64,000 nucleotides of DNA from an uncultured Planctomycetota bacterium (GCA_963737655.1 CAVTTN010000002.1:544001-608000), one strand, 5' to 3'. Counted from the first letter of the stretch, positions 1 to 10,510 are shown. Translations and numbers: made by a program. Notes: generated from the letters alone by a model not told the origin.

Positions 1-267
1 GAGGCGAAGGGTTTGAGGAGTAGTTGCCAGAGGGACCAGACGACTGTAGCCTGCCGCATCGGGGCATCTCCGTTTGCGGAGTTGATGGGAGGGTAAGCAC
101 CCATCAAGGTCCGCTGGGGAGATGCCCCGCTCAAGATATACGGAACTTCAGATCGGTTGCTCGATTTTCAGGGAAACTACTGTTTAGGATGACACGGAGG
201 CCCTCGACCGCAACGGCAGGCTAGCTCTTGCGGCAGGGAAGCGACTTGTCTCGTTTGGGGCGAAGGA

Positions 268-456
268 TCAGGAACAGACGTAGTTGGTCAGTTCTGCGCC
301 GACATTGACCTGGAGAATCTGCCGGTCGTCCCACGGTTCGTCCACGTCCTTGCGACGGAAGCGAAACGTGGTGCACCTGATCTCGAAAACGCAGTCATCG
401 CCGTTGATCCTGCACTCTCCTTGAGTGGCGGCGTTCGGCAAGCTGACGATCAACAT
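268..456 (-). CDS. small hypothetical protein (62 aa, MLIVSLPNAA...) divergent from the XRE regulator
   Basis: ATG at 456 preceded by strong SD AAAGGAGAAG; C-terminal part of ORF 268..657. Confidence 0.5.
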   Translation of the reverse strand: MLIVSLPNAATQGECRINGDDCVFEIRCTTFRFRRKDVDEPWDDRQILQVNVGAELTNYVCS

Positions 457-565
457 TCTGCTTCTCCTTTCTTGGGTGAGACATTTCGGCTGTGCTCCTG
501 CTACATGCGAAGTCGGTCTGGCATCCGCAGGCTTGTAGGGGGATCTTACGGTTCCTGAGACGTGT

Positions 566-616
566 CGCCAAGTGGCGCCGAAGTCACTTGATGTTGACCA
601 AGTGACGCCAAATGGC
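566..616. promoter_or_regulatory. operator-like repeats between divergent genes
   Basis: CCAAGTG(G/A)CGCC at 568 and 598; inverted GTCACTTG at 583 vs CAAGTGAC at 599; palindromes CGCCA-AG-TGGCG and GCCA-AA-TGGC; TTGACC at 594. Confidence 0.45.
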
Positions 617-672
617 AACAATGAGGAGGCGACAATGCGGCTCTCCAGCGGCAGCATTTGGGAGGAAATGAG

Positions 673-1146
673 ATGGCTGAAGCCACTAATGATGAAGCCT
701 ACAGGGCTGCGGCGAGGGAGAGGGGGGAAGCGTTCTTCTCCGAGGTCGCCCTCAAGCGTGCCTCGGCATTCGGCGGACAGACGCTCAAGTCGTGGCTCAA
801 GGAGCGGATCGAAGCGAGCGGCCTCGCCCCCGCCGAGCTTGCCGATAAAGCGGAGGTCAACAGGTCGCTCATCTACCGGTTCGTGAACGATCAGAGGGAC
901 CTGTCGCTCGATACGATTGATAAGCTACTGCCGCATCTCGATCTCGCCATCGGCGAGAAACTGAGGGCGGGCAGCATCGCCGTCCAGCGGGTGGACGACT
1001 GGCAGGATCGCCTCGCCTCGATCGAACAACTCGCCGGGTCTCTTGAGGAGATCGACAAGGCGCTGGAACGCCTCAAGACGTTCGTCGGCGTCCTGCGGAG
1101 CATGGACCTGACTGACCCCCCAGGTCATGCCAGGGACTTCAAATAG
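673..1146 (+). CDS. XRE/Cro-family helix-turn-helix transcriptional regulator with coiled-coil C-terminus
   Basis: GLAPAELADKAEVNRSLIYRFVNDQRDLSLDTIDKL HTH; GGAGG SD at 661 before ATG 673. Confidence 0.8.
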   Translation: MAEATNDEAYRAAARERGEAFFSEVALKRASAFGGQTLKSWLKERIEASGLAPAELADKAEVNRSLIYRFVNDQRDLSLDTIDKLLPHLDLAIGEKLRAGSIAVQRVDDWQDRLASIEQLAGSLEEIDKALERLKTFVGVLRSMDLTDPPGHARDFK

Positions 1147-1152
1147 GCATCA

Positions 1153-1530
1153 ATGGCGACTTGTACGCCTCCCCCGATCCGCCTCTACATCGGGCCGGAC
1201 AAGCTCGTGGCTGTCTTGTGGTCTCGGATCGACGACCTGCGGCTGGCGAACGACACGTCCCTACCGCTCCCGACCGCTGGCTCGACGATCCGGTGGGTCG
1301 CCAACGGCCTGCAAGAGGTCAATCCCGCCGTCGGGGCCTCGATCAAATCGGTGACACTCGGCCAGGGTGAGTTGTCGATCGAAGGCAGGCCGATCGAAAT
1401 ATGGACCAGGCTCCTCATCCGGCTGGACGTAGGCTGGCTGGAAATCTTCAACGCCTTGGGCGAGAACGGCCATGCATTCGACTCCGAGAGGACGGAGGGA
1501 TCGTGCATCCCGTGCCTCGGACCGGCTTAG
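1153..1530 (+). CDS. hypothetical protein
   Basis: ORF starts 7 nt after the regulator stop; globular composition. Confidence 0.55.
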   Translation: MATCTPPPIRLYIGPDKLVAVLWSRIDDLRLANDTSLPLPTAGSTIRWVANGLQEVNPAVGASIKSVTLGQGELSIEGRPIEIWTRLLIRLDVGWLEIFNALGENGHAFDSERTEGSCIPCLGPA

Positions 1531-2177
1531 ACTGCTTCACCCGGACTCGACACCCCCATTCGTGCGGCGAAATCGGGATTAGCCACCGGGTAGAAGTCCT
1601 CCGTGGGCGTGACGAGATGCTCATACGGGCTTTTCGCATTCGCCCGCTGCTCGGTAACGAACTCGGAGATATCCTCGATGCCGAGCAGCCATTCCTTGGC
1701 GTATCGTGCCAGGACGTCGCCCCGGAGCCCGAGTTGGATCGCACGGCGCTCGATCGGGTTGCCCGAGGGCCCGTGGTCGGGGTCCCATTGCAGCCGGACG
1801 TCGGACCCGGCCACAGCCCGCTTCCATTGATCCTGGCTCGGATATCGATCGGGCACGAAGCTGGAATGGACCGCCTTCCCGAGGATCTCGTCGAAGGCGT
1901 CCCGCCGCAGGCGGACGGCGAGCGTCACCTCCTGGCCCTCTTTGTTGCCCCAGCCCGAGCGGTACATCATCCAGAGGAAGTTCGGCTTGATCCAGGACAT
2001 CCTGCCCAGGCTGAACGCCCCGCCGAAATAGCCGTGACGGGCGGCGTAGTGGCCGATCTCGGGGCGGTACGCCTGGTAGACGACCACCGATTCGGCGTCG
2101 AACTGGGCGAGGATGTGGCGACCTTGCTTGGGCCAGCGTTCCTCCTGGACGAGATAGGGTTCCGTGATCAAGTTCAT
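1527..2177 (-). CDS. DUF4291 domain protein
   Basis: VVVYQAY, RMSWIKPNFLWMMYRSGW, VRLQWDPDH, RRAIQLGL motifs. Confidence 0.9.
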   Translation of the reverse strand: MNLITEPYLVQEERWPKQGRHILAQFDAESVVVYQAYRPEIGHYAARHGYFGGAFSLGRMSWIKPNFLWMMYRSGWGNKEGQEVTLAVRLRRDAFDEILGKAVHSSFVPDRYPSQDQWKRAVAGSDVRLQWDPDHGPSGNPIERRAIQLGLRGDVLARYAKEWLLGIEDISEFVTEQRANAKSPYEHLVTPTEDFYPVANPDFAARMGVSSPGEAV

Positions 2178-2263
2178 TAAGTTGCCTTCAGTGGCAGTGG
2201 ATGCGAGGTCCGATCTTAGGCGACTTGCATAACGAAGCCCGACACCTGAGCCTCCTACCGGGT

Positions 2264-3058
2264 TCAGACGATCGACCGCACCACGCCGCCGTCAACCCGG
2301 AGTGCCGCCCCGTTGGTCGCCGAGGCCAGCGGGCTGCACACGTAGACGATCATGTTGGCGACCTCCTCCACGGTGGCGAACCGCCGAATCAGCGAACTCG
2401 GGCGGGCCGTCTGGAAGAACTCGGACTCGACGACCGATCGCTCCACGCCCCGCTGCCTCGCCAGGTCGGCCACGAACGTCGCCACCCCCTCCGATTCGGT
2501 CGGCCCCGGCAGCACCGAATTGACCGTGATGCCCGTGCCCGCCACAGACTCGGCCACGCCACGGGAGACGGCAAGCTGGGCGGTCTTGGTCATCCCGTAG
2601 TGGATCATCTCGACCGGGATCTGGACGGCGGACTCGCTGGACACGAAGACGACCCGCCCCCAGTTGCGGGACTTCATCCCGGCCAGGAAATGGCGGGTGA
2701 GCCTGACCCCGCTCAGGACGTTGGTCTCGAAGAACCGCAGCCAGTCGGCATCGAGGATCTCATCGAACGGTTTCGGCTCGAAGATGCCGAGGTTATTGAC
2801 CAGGATGTCCACCTCGGGAAGTTGGCGAACCAGTTCGTTCACGCCCTCGGCGGTGGACAGGTCGGCGGCGATGCCTGAGACCTCGCCGTCGCCGCCCTGG
2901 GCACGGATCTTCGCCACGGCCTCATCGACCCGCTGCGGGGTCCGCCCGTTGAGGACGACCGAGGCCCCTTCTCGGAAGAGGCCCACCGCAGCGGCGAAGC
3001 CGATCCCGGCGGTCGAGCCCGTCACCAGCGCCCGCTTGCCCTTCAGTTGCATGTCCAT
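2264..3058 (-). CDS. SDR family NAD(P)-dependent oxidoreductase
   Basis: TGSTAGIG, NNLG, YGMTK, DGG motifs. Confidence 0.95.
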   Translation of the reverse strand: MDMQLKGKRALVTGSTAGIGFAAAVGLFREGASVVLNGRTPQRVDEAVAKIRAQGGDGEVSGIAADLSTAEGVNELVRQLPEVDILVNNLGIFEPKPFDEILDADWLRFFETNVLSGVRLTRHFLAGMKSRNWGRVVFVSSESAVQIPVEMIHYGMTKTAQLAVSRGVAESVAGTGITVNSVLPGPTESEGVATFVADLARQRGVERSVVESEFFQTARPSSLIRRFATVEEVANMIVYVCSPLASATNGAALRVDGGVVRSIV

Positions 3059-3136
3059 TGCTGTTTCCCCCCGTGTCCTGGCCGGTCTTGATGGATCGGG
3101 CTACGATACCGGGGCATAGACCACCAGGAGAAGCCC

Positions 3137-3544
3137 ATCGGACGATCTCGACGCAACCCTTGGATCTGGCTCGCCCTGATCGTCGTGGTCGTGGCCCTCG
3201 GGCTCGGCTCACGCCGATTCGGCGGGTCGTTGCCGGGCTTCGTGGCGAACTATGCCGGGGACACGCTCTGGGCGACCGCCGCCTTCCTGGGCATCGGCCT
3301 GGTCCTGCCCAGGGCCTCGGCGTGGGCGGTCGCCTCGCTGGCGATGGGGTTCTCAAGCCTGGTCGAGGTCGGGCAGTTGTATCATGCCCCCTGGATCGAC
3401 TCGATCCGCAGGACGACGCTAGGCGGGCTCGTCCTCGGCTTCGACTTCGTGTGGAGCGACCTGGCCTGCTACGCTGCGGGGGTCGGCCTGGGTCTCGTGA
3501 TCGAGCGGGTCGTCCCGCACGACCGATCCGCAAGGAGGTCATGA
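3137..3544 (+). CDS. DUF2809 domain membrane protein
   Basis: YAGDTLWA, VEVGQLYHAPWIDSIRRT, LVLGFDFVWSDL; frame extends upstream to ATC 3137, 6 nt after AGGAG (start uncertain; GTG 3185 alternative). Confidence 0.8.
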   Translation: MGRSRRNPWIWLALIVVVVALGLGSRRFGGSLPGFVANYAGDTLWATAAFLGIGLVLPRASAWAVASLAMGFSSLVEVGQLYHAPWIDSIRRTTLGGLVLGFDFVWSDLACYAAGVGLGLVIERVVPHDRSARRS

Positions 3545-4986
3545 TGCTGTTGAACTCGATCCTCGCCGCCCTGGCCTTGCTGGCGATGCCCGAAGACGGG
3601 CTGAAATCCGACGGCCCGTTCGCCCAGCGGGGCTACTACATCACGCTCATGCGGATGCCGACCTACGACCTGGCCGACTGGAAACGCATCGTGGACCGCA
3701 TCCACGAGGACGGCGGCAACACGCTGCTGCTCTGGGTGGGCGGAGCCTTCCGCTCGAAGACGCATCCGATCACCTGGAAGTACAACGCCGACCACGAGAA
3801 CGTCCGCAAGGACTTCGTGCGTGACCTGATCGACCACGCCCACAAGAGGGGCATCAAGGTCCTCCTCGGCTTCACGCCCTTCGGCTACGACGGCGTGAAC
3901 CAGTACCCCCTGGATCAGCCGGAACTGAAGGCGATCGGCAAGGACGGCAAGCCGGTCGCCCCGTTCGGCATCGGCTGCTGGGGCTACAACCTCTGCCCGT
4001 CGAGGCCCGAGTCCCAGACGTTCATGCTGGAGTACGCCCGTGAGATGGCCTTCGACTTCTACCCCAACGCCGACGGCCTCCTGATCGAGTCGTCCGACTA
4101 CGCCATCTGCCACTGCAAGGACTGCGGCGGGCGCTTCTTCGAGAAGGAGTTCGAGTTCGTCAGGCGAATCTCGGAAGAGGTTTGGCAAAAGAAGCCCGAG
4201 GCCACCATCGTGGTCTTCCCGCACTATTTCAGCGGGTCCGAGGTTCCCGGCTTCGGGGTGAAGGCGGCGAGGCTGCCCTTCGACCCCCGCTGGTCGCTGG
4301 TGTTCTCCCCGCACAGCGCCCACCCCGAGCCGGACCTGATCAAGCAGGCGAAGACCAGCCTGTGGTGGGACGACTCGCCCGCCCTGCGAAGGCCCCAGGA
4401 GATCCGGGCCGGTGCCCGGCGGGCCAGGGAGATCGGGGCGACGGGCTACGTCCCCTCGCTGGAGGCGTTCACCTTCGTGGCGACGGAGCCCGAGGAGGGC
4501 CAGGCATGGCTCCGGGGGAAGCGGCAGGTGCCGCTGGGATTCGGCTGGCTGGAGTCCGGCGACCCGCCCTACGACGAGTTGCCGATGCGGGTCAACCGGG
4601 TCGCCTACCGGGAGTTCAGCCGCAACCCCGACCTCTCGTTCGAAGTGTACAAGGAGATCCTGGGCAAGGAAGTCTTCGGGGCTGCCTCAACCCCTCAAAT
4701 CGTCGATGACGTGCTGGAACTCCAAGCGGCCCTCAATTTCGAGCGGACCTGGTGCCAGCCCTCGCCGCTGACCAGCCCCGAGCGGGTCCGGGCGATGAAA
4801 GCTCGGGGAGACCTGACGCCGAAGAAGCGGGCGGACTACCGGGCCGCATCGGAGCGGCTTCGGGAGATCGAACGGAGGCATCGGGATTCGAAATCGGACG
4901 GCGAGAACGAACTCCATCGGATCGCCGGTTGGATGCTCGATCGGTGGGCGGGCGAGGATGGGAGGCTGCTCGACGCCGCCCGCTGA
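3541..4986 (+). CDS. exported hypothetical protein, probable TIM-barrel glycoside-hydrolase-like fold
   Basis: signal-peptide-like MMLLNSILAALALLA; LIDHAHKRGIKV, LCPS..ES, DG..IE..D...C.C..C pattern; ATG overlaps upstream stop. Confidence 0.7.
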   Translation: MMLLNSILAALALLAMPEDGLKSDGPFAQRGYYITLMRMPTYDLADWKRIVDRIHEDGGNTLLLWVGGAFRSKTHPITWKYNADHENVRKDFVRDLIDHAHKRGIKVLLGFTPFGYDGVNQYPLDQPELKAIGKDGKPVAPFGIGCWGYNLCPSRPESQTFMLEYAREMAFDFYPNADGLLIESSDYAICHCKDCGGRFFEKEFEFVRRISEEVWQKKPEATIVVFPHYFSGSEVPGFGVKAARLPFDPRWSLVFSPHSAHPEPDLIKQAKTSLWWDDSPALRRPQEIRAGARRAREIGATGYVPSLEAFTFVATEPEEGQAWLRGKRQVPLGFGWLESGDPPYDELPMRVNRVAYREFSRNPDLSFEVYKEILGKEVFGAASTPQIVDDVLELQAALNFERTWCQPSPLTSPERVRAMKARGDLTPKKRADYRAASERLREIERRHRDSKSDGENELHRIAGWMLDRWAGEDGRLLDAAR

Positions 4987-5200
4987 AAGCCCGGCGAAGA
5001 AGGCCCGCCCGTCGGTGACGACACGTCGAGCCTGAGTATCCCGATGACGATGGGCCGGAGTCGGTCGAGTTCGACGAGGGCCGAAGCTCGGCGATCCGGC
5101 GGACGATCCATCTACCACTATTGTAATTCGATCTCCAGGACGTTGGGGTCGGCGGATTCGGCTTTTCGAGGCGACGAAGGTCGGGGTGGCCTCGGCGAGA

Positions 5201-6166
5201 TCACGTCCTCTTCCTCGAACGGGACGACATGATCCCCAAGGACATCCTCTTGGTCTCGACGGCTGAGGCGGTCCGGCTCAGCCTCTCGGCGACGGCACGG
5301 TCCGTGTCGGTCCCCAGCAGGGCGATCTCTTCGTCGCTCCAGCGGGCGACGAAGGGCTCGATGCCGAGCAGTTCCCGCTTCTTCCGCACCGCCGCAGTCC
5401 TCTTCCCCAGCCGCACGGCGATCTCACGGTCCTTGGCCGTTCCCAGCAGGGCGACCTCCTCGGGGCTCCAGCGATCCACGAGGCCGGGGATGCCGAGCCG
5501 ACGCCGCTTGTTCTCGACGACGTGCCTGGAGACCCCCAGCCGCTCGGCGATCACCGAGTCGTTGTCGGCCCCAAGCGAGGCGATCTCCTCCTCGGTCCAG
5601 CGGTGGCATGCGGGCAGCCCGTGCTCCTCGGCGTTCTCCCAGAACTCCTTCATCCTGGACGACATCGCCCGCTTCCAGGACTCCGGCCTGGGCTTGCTGA
5701 CGGCCACACGCTGGGCGGCGACCATGTTCGGATGCAGCGGCCTGCCGACCTTCGCCGCCCGGATCTTCTCCCGGACCTCGGGCGTCCCCATCGCCTGCCT
5801 GCCCATCGCCCGCACGTCGTCGGTCAGCTTCTCGGGCGTGTAGGCGACGGCCAGCCTGCGGGTCCCCTCGGTCGTCCTCGGGACCTCCAGGGCACGACGC
5901 CAGTTCTTGACGGTGGCCGGGCTGACGCCCCAGTGATGGGCGACAGCGATCTCCGATTCGGCCTGGACCGCCCGGATCAGGTCGCCGCAGACGATGCAGG
6001 AGGGACGCCCGACCCCCTTTCGATAGGGCCACTGAATCGGGGCCTCGGTGATGCCGCCCACGACGACTTCCCTGCCCCGGTACTCGCAGGGCAGCTTGTC
6101 GCCGACCCGGCAGCTCGGAGGGGCGTACGGTCCGTGATGTAACCTGTAGCGATCGGCGTCCCTCAT
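5201..6166 (-). CDS. putative DNA-binding protein with HTH and three tandem Myb/SANT-like repeats
   Basis: AVAHHWGVSPATVKNWRR HTH; three W(T/S)xEE(I/V)AxLGxxxDxx(I/V)AxRL repeats. Confidence 0.75.
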   Translation of the reverse strand: MRDADRYRLHHGPYAPPSCRVGDKLPCEYRGREVVVGGITEAPIQWPYRKGVGRPSCIVCGDLIRAVQAESEIAVAHHWGVSPATVKNWRRALEVPRTTEGTRRLAVAYTPEKLTDDVRAMGRQAMGTPEVREKIRAAKVGRPLHPNMVAAQRVAVSKPRPESWKRAMSSRMKEFWENAEEHGLPACHRWTEEEIASLGADNDSVIAERLGVSRHVVENKRRRLGIPGLVDRWSPEEVALLGTAKDREIAVRLGKRTAAVRKKRELLGIEPFVARWSDEEIALLGTDTDRAVAERLSRTASAVETKRMSLGIMSSRSRKRT

Positions 6167-6193
6167 GGCGATCGTCCCCGCCTCGGCCCATGC

Positions 6194-6865
6194 TCACGGA
6201 CCCGGACGCCGGTCGTAGGTCATGTTGGTCCGCAGGATGGTCGGCTCGACGATCGTGGGGCTTGCCGCCTCGAAGTCGTCCGGCAGGAACCAACTCCCAG
6301 ACAGGTGCATCTGGAGGAATCGGGATTGCGGCGACTCCAGCCAGGCTTCGAGATCGGATCTCCCGGAAGCGTCCAGGGCGGGCTCGATGAGCGGGAGCGG
6401 GAGCACCGCCCCTCGGTTCGCCCGCCCGTCCAGGACGACGGCGATCCGTCGAGGGTTGATCACGACCGTCGTCCCCCGCCGGTCCGGGCGTGACCGCCAG
6501 ATCTGCACGGCATCTTCGACGACGGCCTCGATGTATTCCTTCGGCAGTTGCCGGAGGATCTGCTCATGCACCTCGATCGCCAGCGAGGTCGGTGGCTGCC
6601 GGGAGGCCGGGGTGCCTCGCTCGACCCGGTGTTCGTCGAGGTGATACCAGACGTGGATTCCACGCAGGGCACCGTCCTCGGTGAAGGCTTCGGTCCGGTC
6701 GATCACGAATTGCGGATGGTCTCCGAACCAATGATCGATGGTCCGGCGGAGCAGCGATTCCGCCCGATCCGGTGCCGGTAGGCGGTCGATGAGCCTGACA
6801 TCGACCCAGCCGGGTCCCATCTCGATCACGACGGTCGTCACGTCGCCTTCGGGGGGCGTGGGCAT
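6194..6865 (-). CDS. hypothetical protein (MPTPPEGDV...)
   Basis: ATG 6865 with AGGAGG SD; real 3' part of ORF 6194..7315. Confidence 0.6.
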   Translation of the reverse strand: MPTPPEGDVTTVVIEMGPGWVDVRLIDRLPAPDRAESLLRRTIDHWFGDHPQFVIDRTEAFTEDGALRGIHVWYHLDEHRVERGTPASRQPPTSLAIEVHEQILRQLPKEYIEAVVEDAVQIWRSRPDRRGTTVVINPRRIAVVLDGRANRGAVLPLPLIEPALDASGRSDLEAWLESPQSRFLQMHLSGSWFLPDDFEAASPTIVEPTILRTNMTYDRRPGP

Positions 6866-7059
6866 ACGATCAAGCCTCCTCATTTCAACCCTGACCGGCC
6901 CTCGTTTGTCCGCACACGGCGAACGCCCGAGGACGGCATGCAACCAGAGGGTGCAGGCGTCCGTCCGAAACGCATCGGAGCCCGTCCGTGAATGATCTTC
7001 GATAATATCCCGGATGCCTCGAAGGGATACAAGCACGCCGTCTCGGAGGGGATGGGCAC

Positions 7060-7366
7060 TCAATACCCTCCCAAGGCCCTCCCGACCGACCCCTCGGCGT
7101 CGTGCATCCTCATCGACGAACCAGCCCTCGATGTCGCCGACCGGGGTCGAGTCGCAGCCGTCGGCCCTGGAGCGGAGGCACGCCTCCAGGATGCTGCATA
7201 AACCGCCGTCGGGCCGCTCGGCGAGGAAGGCCGTCTCCTCGTCGTTCTCCAGGATCTCGCCCAACTCCCGGACCTGCTCGGCGTCGGGGCAATCCTCCCA
7301 GAGGTCACGTCGCATGCGGAGTCACTCGTCCCGGTCGTCCGGCCCGGTGTATCCCCTGATGATCAT
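7060..7366 (-). pseudogene. aminoglycoside 6'-N-acetyltransferase-like GNAT, disrupted
   Basis: MIIRGYTGPDDRDE*LRMRRDLW (in-frame TGA at 7322-7324 where W expected), PVGDIEGWFVDEDARRRGVGR, then frameshift/truncation. Confidence 0.75.
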
Positions 7367-7719
7367 GTCCCCGCCCCCGGAAGCTCGCCGCCGTCCGGCC
7401 CGTAGAAGACGACCCAGACGGCCAGGTCGTCGGAGAAGTCCTCGAATCGGTGCTCGACGCCCGCCCTCACGAACAGCAGGTCGCCGGGGCCAAAGCGGTG
7501 CCGGTCCGGCCCGTTGACGAACCAGCCCTCGCCCCGGACCACCACGTACACTTCGTCCCGGCGGTGCGGCGTCTGGGCATCGATGCCTCGGGGGGCATAC
7601 AACTCGACGCTCAGGCTCCCATGCTCGAAGGCCAGGACGAAGGGCTTGCCGTCCGGCGTGGGGAGCTTGCTCGTCCATGCGGCGAGGTCGCCGTGGAAGC
7701 CACCGTTCGAGTTTTCCAT
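7363..7719 (-). CDS. cupin domain protein
   Basis: QTPHRRDEVYVVVRGEG and GDLLFVRAGVEHRF cupin motifs. Confidence 0.9.
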   Translation of the reverse strand: MENSNGGFHGDLAAWTSKLPTPDGKPFVLAFEHGSLSVELYAPRGIDAQTPHRRDEVYVVVRGEGWFVNGPDRHRFGPGDLLFVRAGVEHRFEDFSDDLAVWVVFYGPDGGELPGAGT

Positions 7720-7725
7720 AGAGCT

Positions 7726-8253
7726 TCAGCCCGCCTCGAAGTTCCAGAACTCGGGTAAGTCACCGCCGCAGAACTGGCATACGAACCAGTCGTCCTTGAC
7801 CACGTTCCGCTCTCCGCACTTCGGGCAGCGACGGAACTCGATCTCTGTCGTGAACCGACCGGGGTGCCCGACGCCGATCATGTCGAGTGCCCGCCCGACC
7901 GCTTCCCAGGTACACGGCTGGGGGCAGCAGCCCGTCGAGAGGTTCGAGACCTCCTCGACGATCGTCTCCCCTCTCGACGAGAAGAACATCTCGCCCGCCG
8001 GGAGGACACACCTCCCGGCGGCAAAGGCGACGTGCTCCGAGCGGCGGTCGGCGAGCCTCGACATGCCGTCGGGGTCGATCACGAACGTGGCGGCGACCTG
8101 GCCGTCCAACCCCGAAGCGTCCTGTCCGTCGAGCCAGTCCCTCAAGGCTTCGTGGCTATCGATGGGCGTGCCACCCGGTGCGGATCTCTACCTCGATCGG
8201 ATCGCTTCGGGGCCAACGTATCGGTAGAGCTTCTCAGGCCGTGGCACCATCAT
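7726..8253 (-). pseudogene. conserved hypothetical with C-terminal zinc ribbon; internal in-frame TAG
   Basis: MMVPRPEKLYRYVGPEAIRSR*RSAPGG continues in frame into LRDWL...ADRRSEHVA...CPKCG...CQFCG. Confidence 0.6.
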
Positions 8254-8749
8254 CCCCATCGTGATCCCAAACGGCCAGGCACTTCCGCCTCTGCCAGAAT
8301 TGCTCCAGCGTCAGCTTCGGCTCGCCCGTGGCCCGGATGGTCAGCGGGCTGAGCCGGATGCTGATCGGGTGCGAGGCCCGCCCCTCCCAAGATCCGATAT
8401 CGACGACCTGCTCGCCTCGGAGGACCAACCCGTGCCGCTCCAAGTAGGTCATGATGGCCGGGACCTGGAGATCGACCCCGGTCGTCGCCTCGGCGTGCGG
8501 GTTCCGCAGCCGCCTGGCCGTGGCGAGCAGTTCGTCCAGGTCCTCGGGGTGGGCGGCGAAGTGCTCCTCGTAGCTCTTGTAGTAGACCGACTCCAACGCC
8601 TGGGTCTGGGGGACGAACTCACCGTCGAGGAGGTAGCCGACCTCCCAATTGTCCTCGCCGTATCTGACGTCCCATTCTCGCTGGCGGGCGGTCCTTTGAT
8701 GGAGACCGCCCGCACGCCCGACCTTCCGCTCGACCACCCTCCAGGGCAT
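8234..8749 (-). CDS. hypothetical protein (MPWRVVERKVG...)
   Basis: ATG 8749 with GGAGGAGG SD; coding-like composition. Confidence 0.7.
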   Translation of the reverse strand: MPWRVVERKVGRAGGLHQRTARQREWDVRYGEDNWEVGYLLDGEFVPQTQALESVYYKSYEEHFAAHPEDLDELLATARRLRNPHAEATTGVDLQVPAIMTYLERHGLVLRGEQVVDIGSWEGRASHPISIRLSPLTIRATGEPKLTLEQFWQRRKCLAVWDHDGDDGATA

Positions 8750-8760
8750 CGTCCTCCTCC

Positions 8761-9545
8761 TCACGTCGATGACTTGATGGTCGCCGCCCTCAGGACGTCC
8801 AGCACGTCCCTGGGATCGCACCCGTAGATGCCCGCCCCGGACGCCTCGTTGGCCTCGACGACCGCCGGGCCGACGCCCCGGATCACCCCGGCGTCGATGA
8901 CAAGGGCGGCGGGCAGGATCACTTTGGGTCCGCCAGCAGCCGGTCCACCAACCTCCTGGTCGCCGTCGCCATCTCGGGCTCGACGACCCACTCGTCCTCC
9001 TTGCGTGCCAAGGCCCCGTGGAGCCAGTAGGGGGACCAGGCGTGGACCCGCAGGTCCCGGACGAAGAACCGGAACTCGGCGACCCACTCGACCGGATCGG
9101 ACGTCAGGATCGGGTCGTCGTCCGGCATCTCCGGGAGTTCGCCACCGCCTGTGTACACCCTGGCCGGGAAGGTCTTCCGATTCGGCGGCTTGAGGAACAC
9201 CAGGCCGGGGAGCCTGCGGGCCTCGATGGCGGTCGTCAGGCTCACCCGCCTCCCGACGTACTCCCCCGGCAGCTTGATGAGGAAGTCCTCGGGCGGCTCG
9301 ATGACCTCCAGGCCAAGCTGCTCGGCGACGGCCTGGTTGAACAGCGGCTCGGCGAAGAGGACGGGCTCCTCGGGGTCGAAGTCCTCGGGACACCGCCAAC
9401 CGGAGAGCCGCATCACGTCCCATCCGAGGGCGATCGCCGCCCGCCGCATCTTGATCGAGTCGTCGGAGTATCGGGGCGAGAGGATCAAGGTCGGCATCGG
9501 TTCTGGCACAGTTCGTCGTCGGTGGCCTTCGAACGGTTCGCTCAT
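8761..9545 (-). pseudogene. ATP-grasp (R2K clade / DUF4343-like) protein, 1-nt frameshift near 8922
   Basis: FLKP..KTF, EFRFFV in one frame; VIDAG...VVEANEASGAGIYGCD in the adjacent frame; may be a sequencing error. Confidence 0.75.
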
Positions 9546-10468
9546 GTTCCCCGTCGGCTTTGACCCGTTTCGTCGGGCCAATGTTCGACGAGAGTCTCGT
9601 AATACTTGGGGGCGTCCGACTCCCTGGGCAGCCCGGACACCTGGCCGTCCCCGAGTTCGACGATCATCAAGTCGCCGTCACGCCGCCTGGCCAGGTCCAT
9701 CGTGAAGAACCGGCTTCGGACGGCGGCGGCGACACCGGCGAACCGATCCCACGGAGGCTCGGAGACGCCGTACTCCCCGTCGGCCCAGTAGGGCGACCAG
9801 AAGACTGGGGACCCATCGAGCCAGAAGGCCCGGTACTCCTCCGTCAGCGGCATCCCGCTCCTGGGGTGGACCCCGACGGGCTCGAACTCGACGAATTCCC
9901 GGAAGACGAGCCCCTCGTTGAGGTCATCACCCTGGAGTTCGAGGAACCGCCCGACGACCCGCCGGACCGCCTCACGGTCCGAGGCCGAGGGGATGAAGCA
10001 CGCCTCGGCCCACTCGTGTTTCCGAGACTTCACGAAGTCCTTGACGATCACCGGAACGTCGCCGAATGGGGCCAGGGCCTCGGTGATCCGTTCCATGTCC
10101 AGGTCGCCGTTCACCCAGACGGATCGGGGCGTGAGGCCACGGATCGCCGGGTAGTTCTCGGGCAGGTGATGGCCGTGCCGGTACTGCTCCGGGTCGTTGA
10201 TGAGCCGGATGTTTCTGGCCGAGAGCGCCTCGTACAGCCGCCCGTACTGGGGCGGCGTGACCATCCAGCCCCGATAGATTGCGAGTACCCGATCGGGCTG
10301 ATGCGGGACCCGCCGGACGGCCTGGGTGTCGTCCGTGTCCCGCACCAGGGCGTCATGATCGACGAGGACATAAGGCAGGGACATCCGCTCGACGACGGCA
10401 GCCTCGGCCCCGAACGCCCGGTCGGGCCGGGAGGGCTCCAGCGGATCACGGCAGAAGACGACCATCAT
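9542..10468 (-). CDS. ATP-grasp domain protein (R2K clade)
   Basis: [42 protein letters not shown]. Confidence 0.88.
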   Translation of the reverse strand: MMVVFCRDPLEPSRPDRAFGAEAAVVERMSLPYVLVDHDALVRDTDDTQAVRRVPHQPDRVLAIYRGWMVTPPQYGRLYEALSARNIRLINDPEQYRHGHHLPENYPAIRGLTPRSVWVNGDLDMERITEALAPFGDVPVIVKDFVKSRKHEWAEACFIPSASDREAVRRVVGRFLELQGDDLNEGLVFREFVEFEPVGVHPRSGMPLTEEYRAFWLDGSPVFWSPYWADGEYGVSEPPWDRFAGVAAAVRSRFFTMDLARRRDGDLMIVELGDGQVSGLPRESDAPKYYETLVEHWPDETGQSRRGT

Positions 10469-10510
10469 GTCGATGCCCCCCGGATGCCGCCGGTACTGAG
10501 TGTGAATTCC

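Noticed and set aside
3058..4986. 642-aa ORF as one protein
   Set aside because: The first 161 codons are the off-frame shadow of the DUF2809 gene; the real start is 3541.
6194..7315. GNAT-hypothetical fusion protein
   Set aside because: Chance read-through from a broken acetyltransferase into a separate gene that has its own SD and ATG at 6865.
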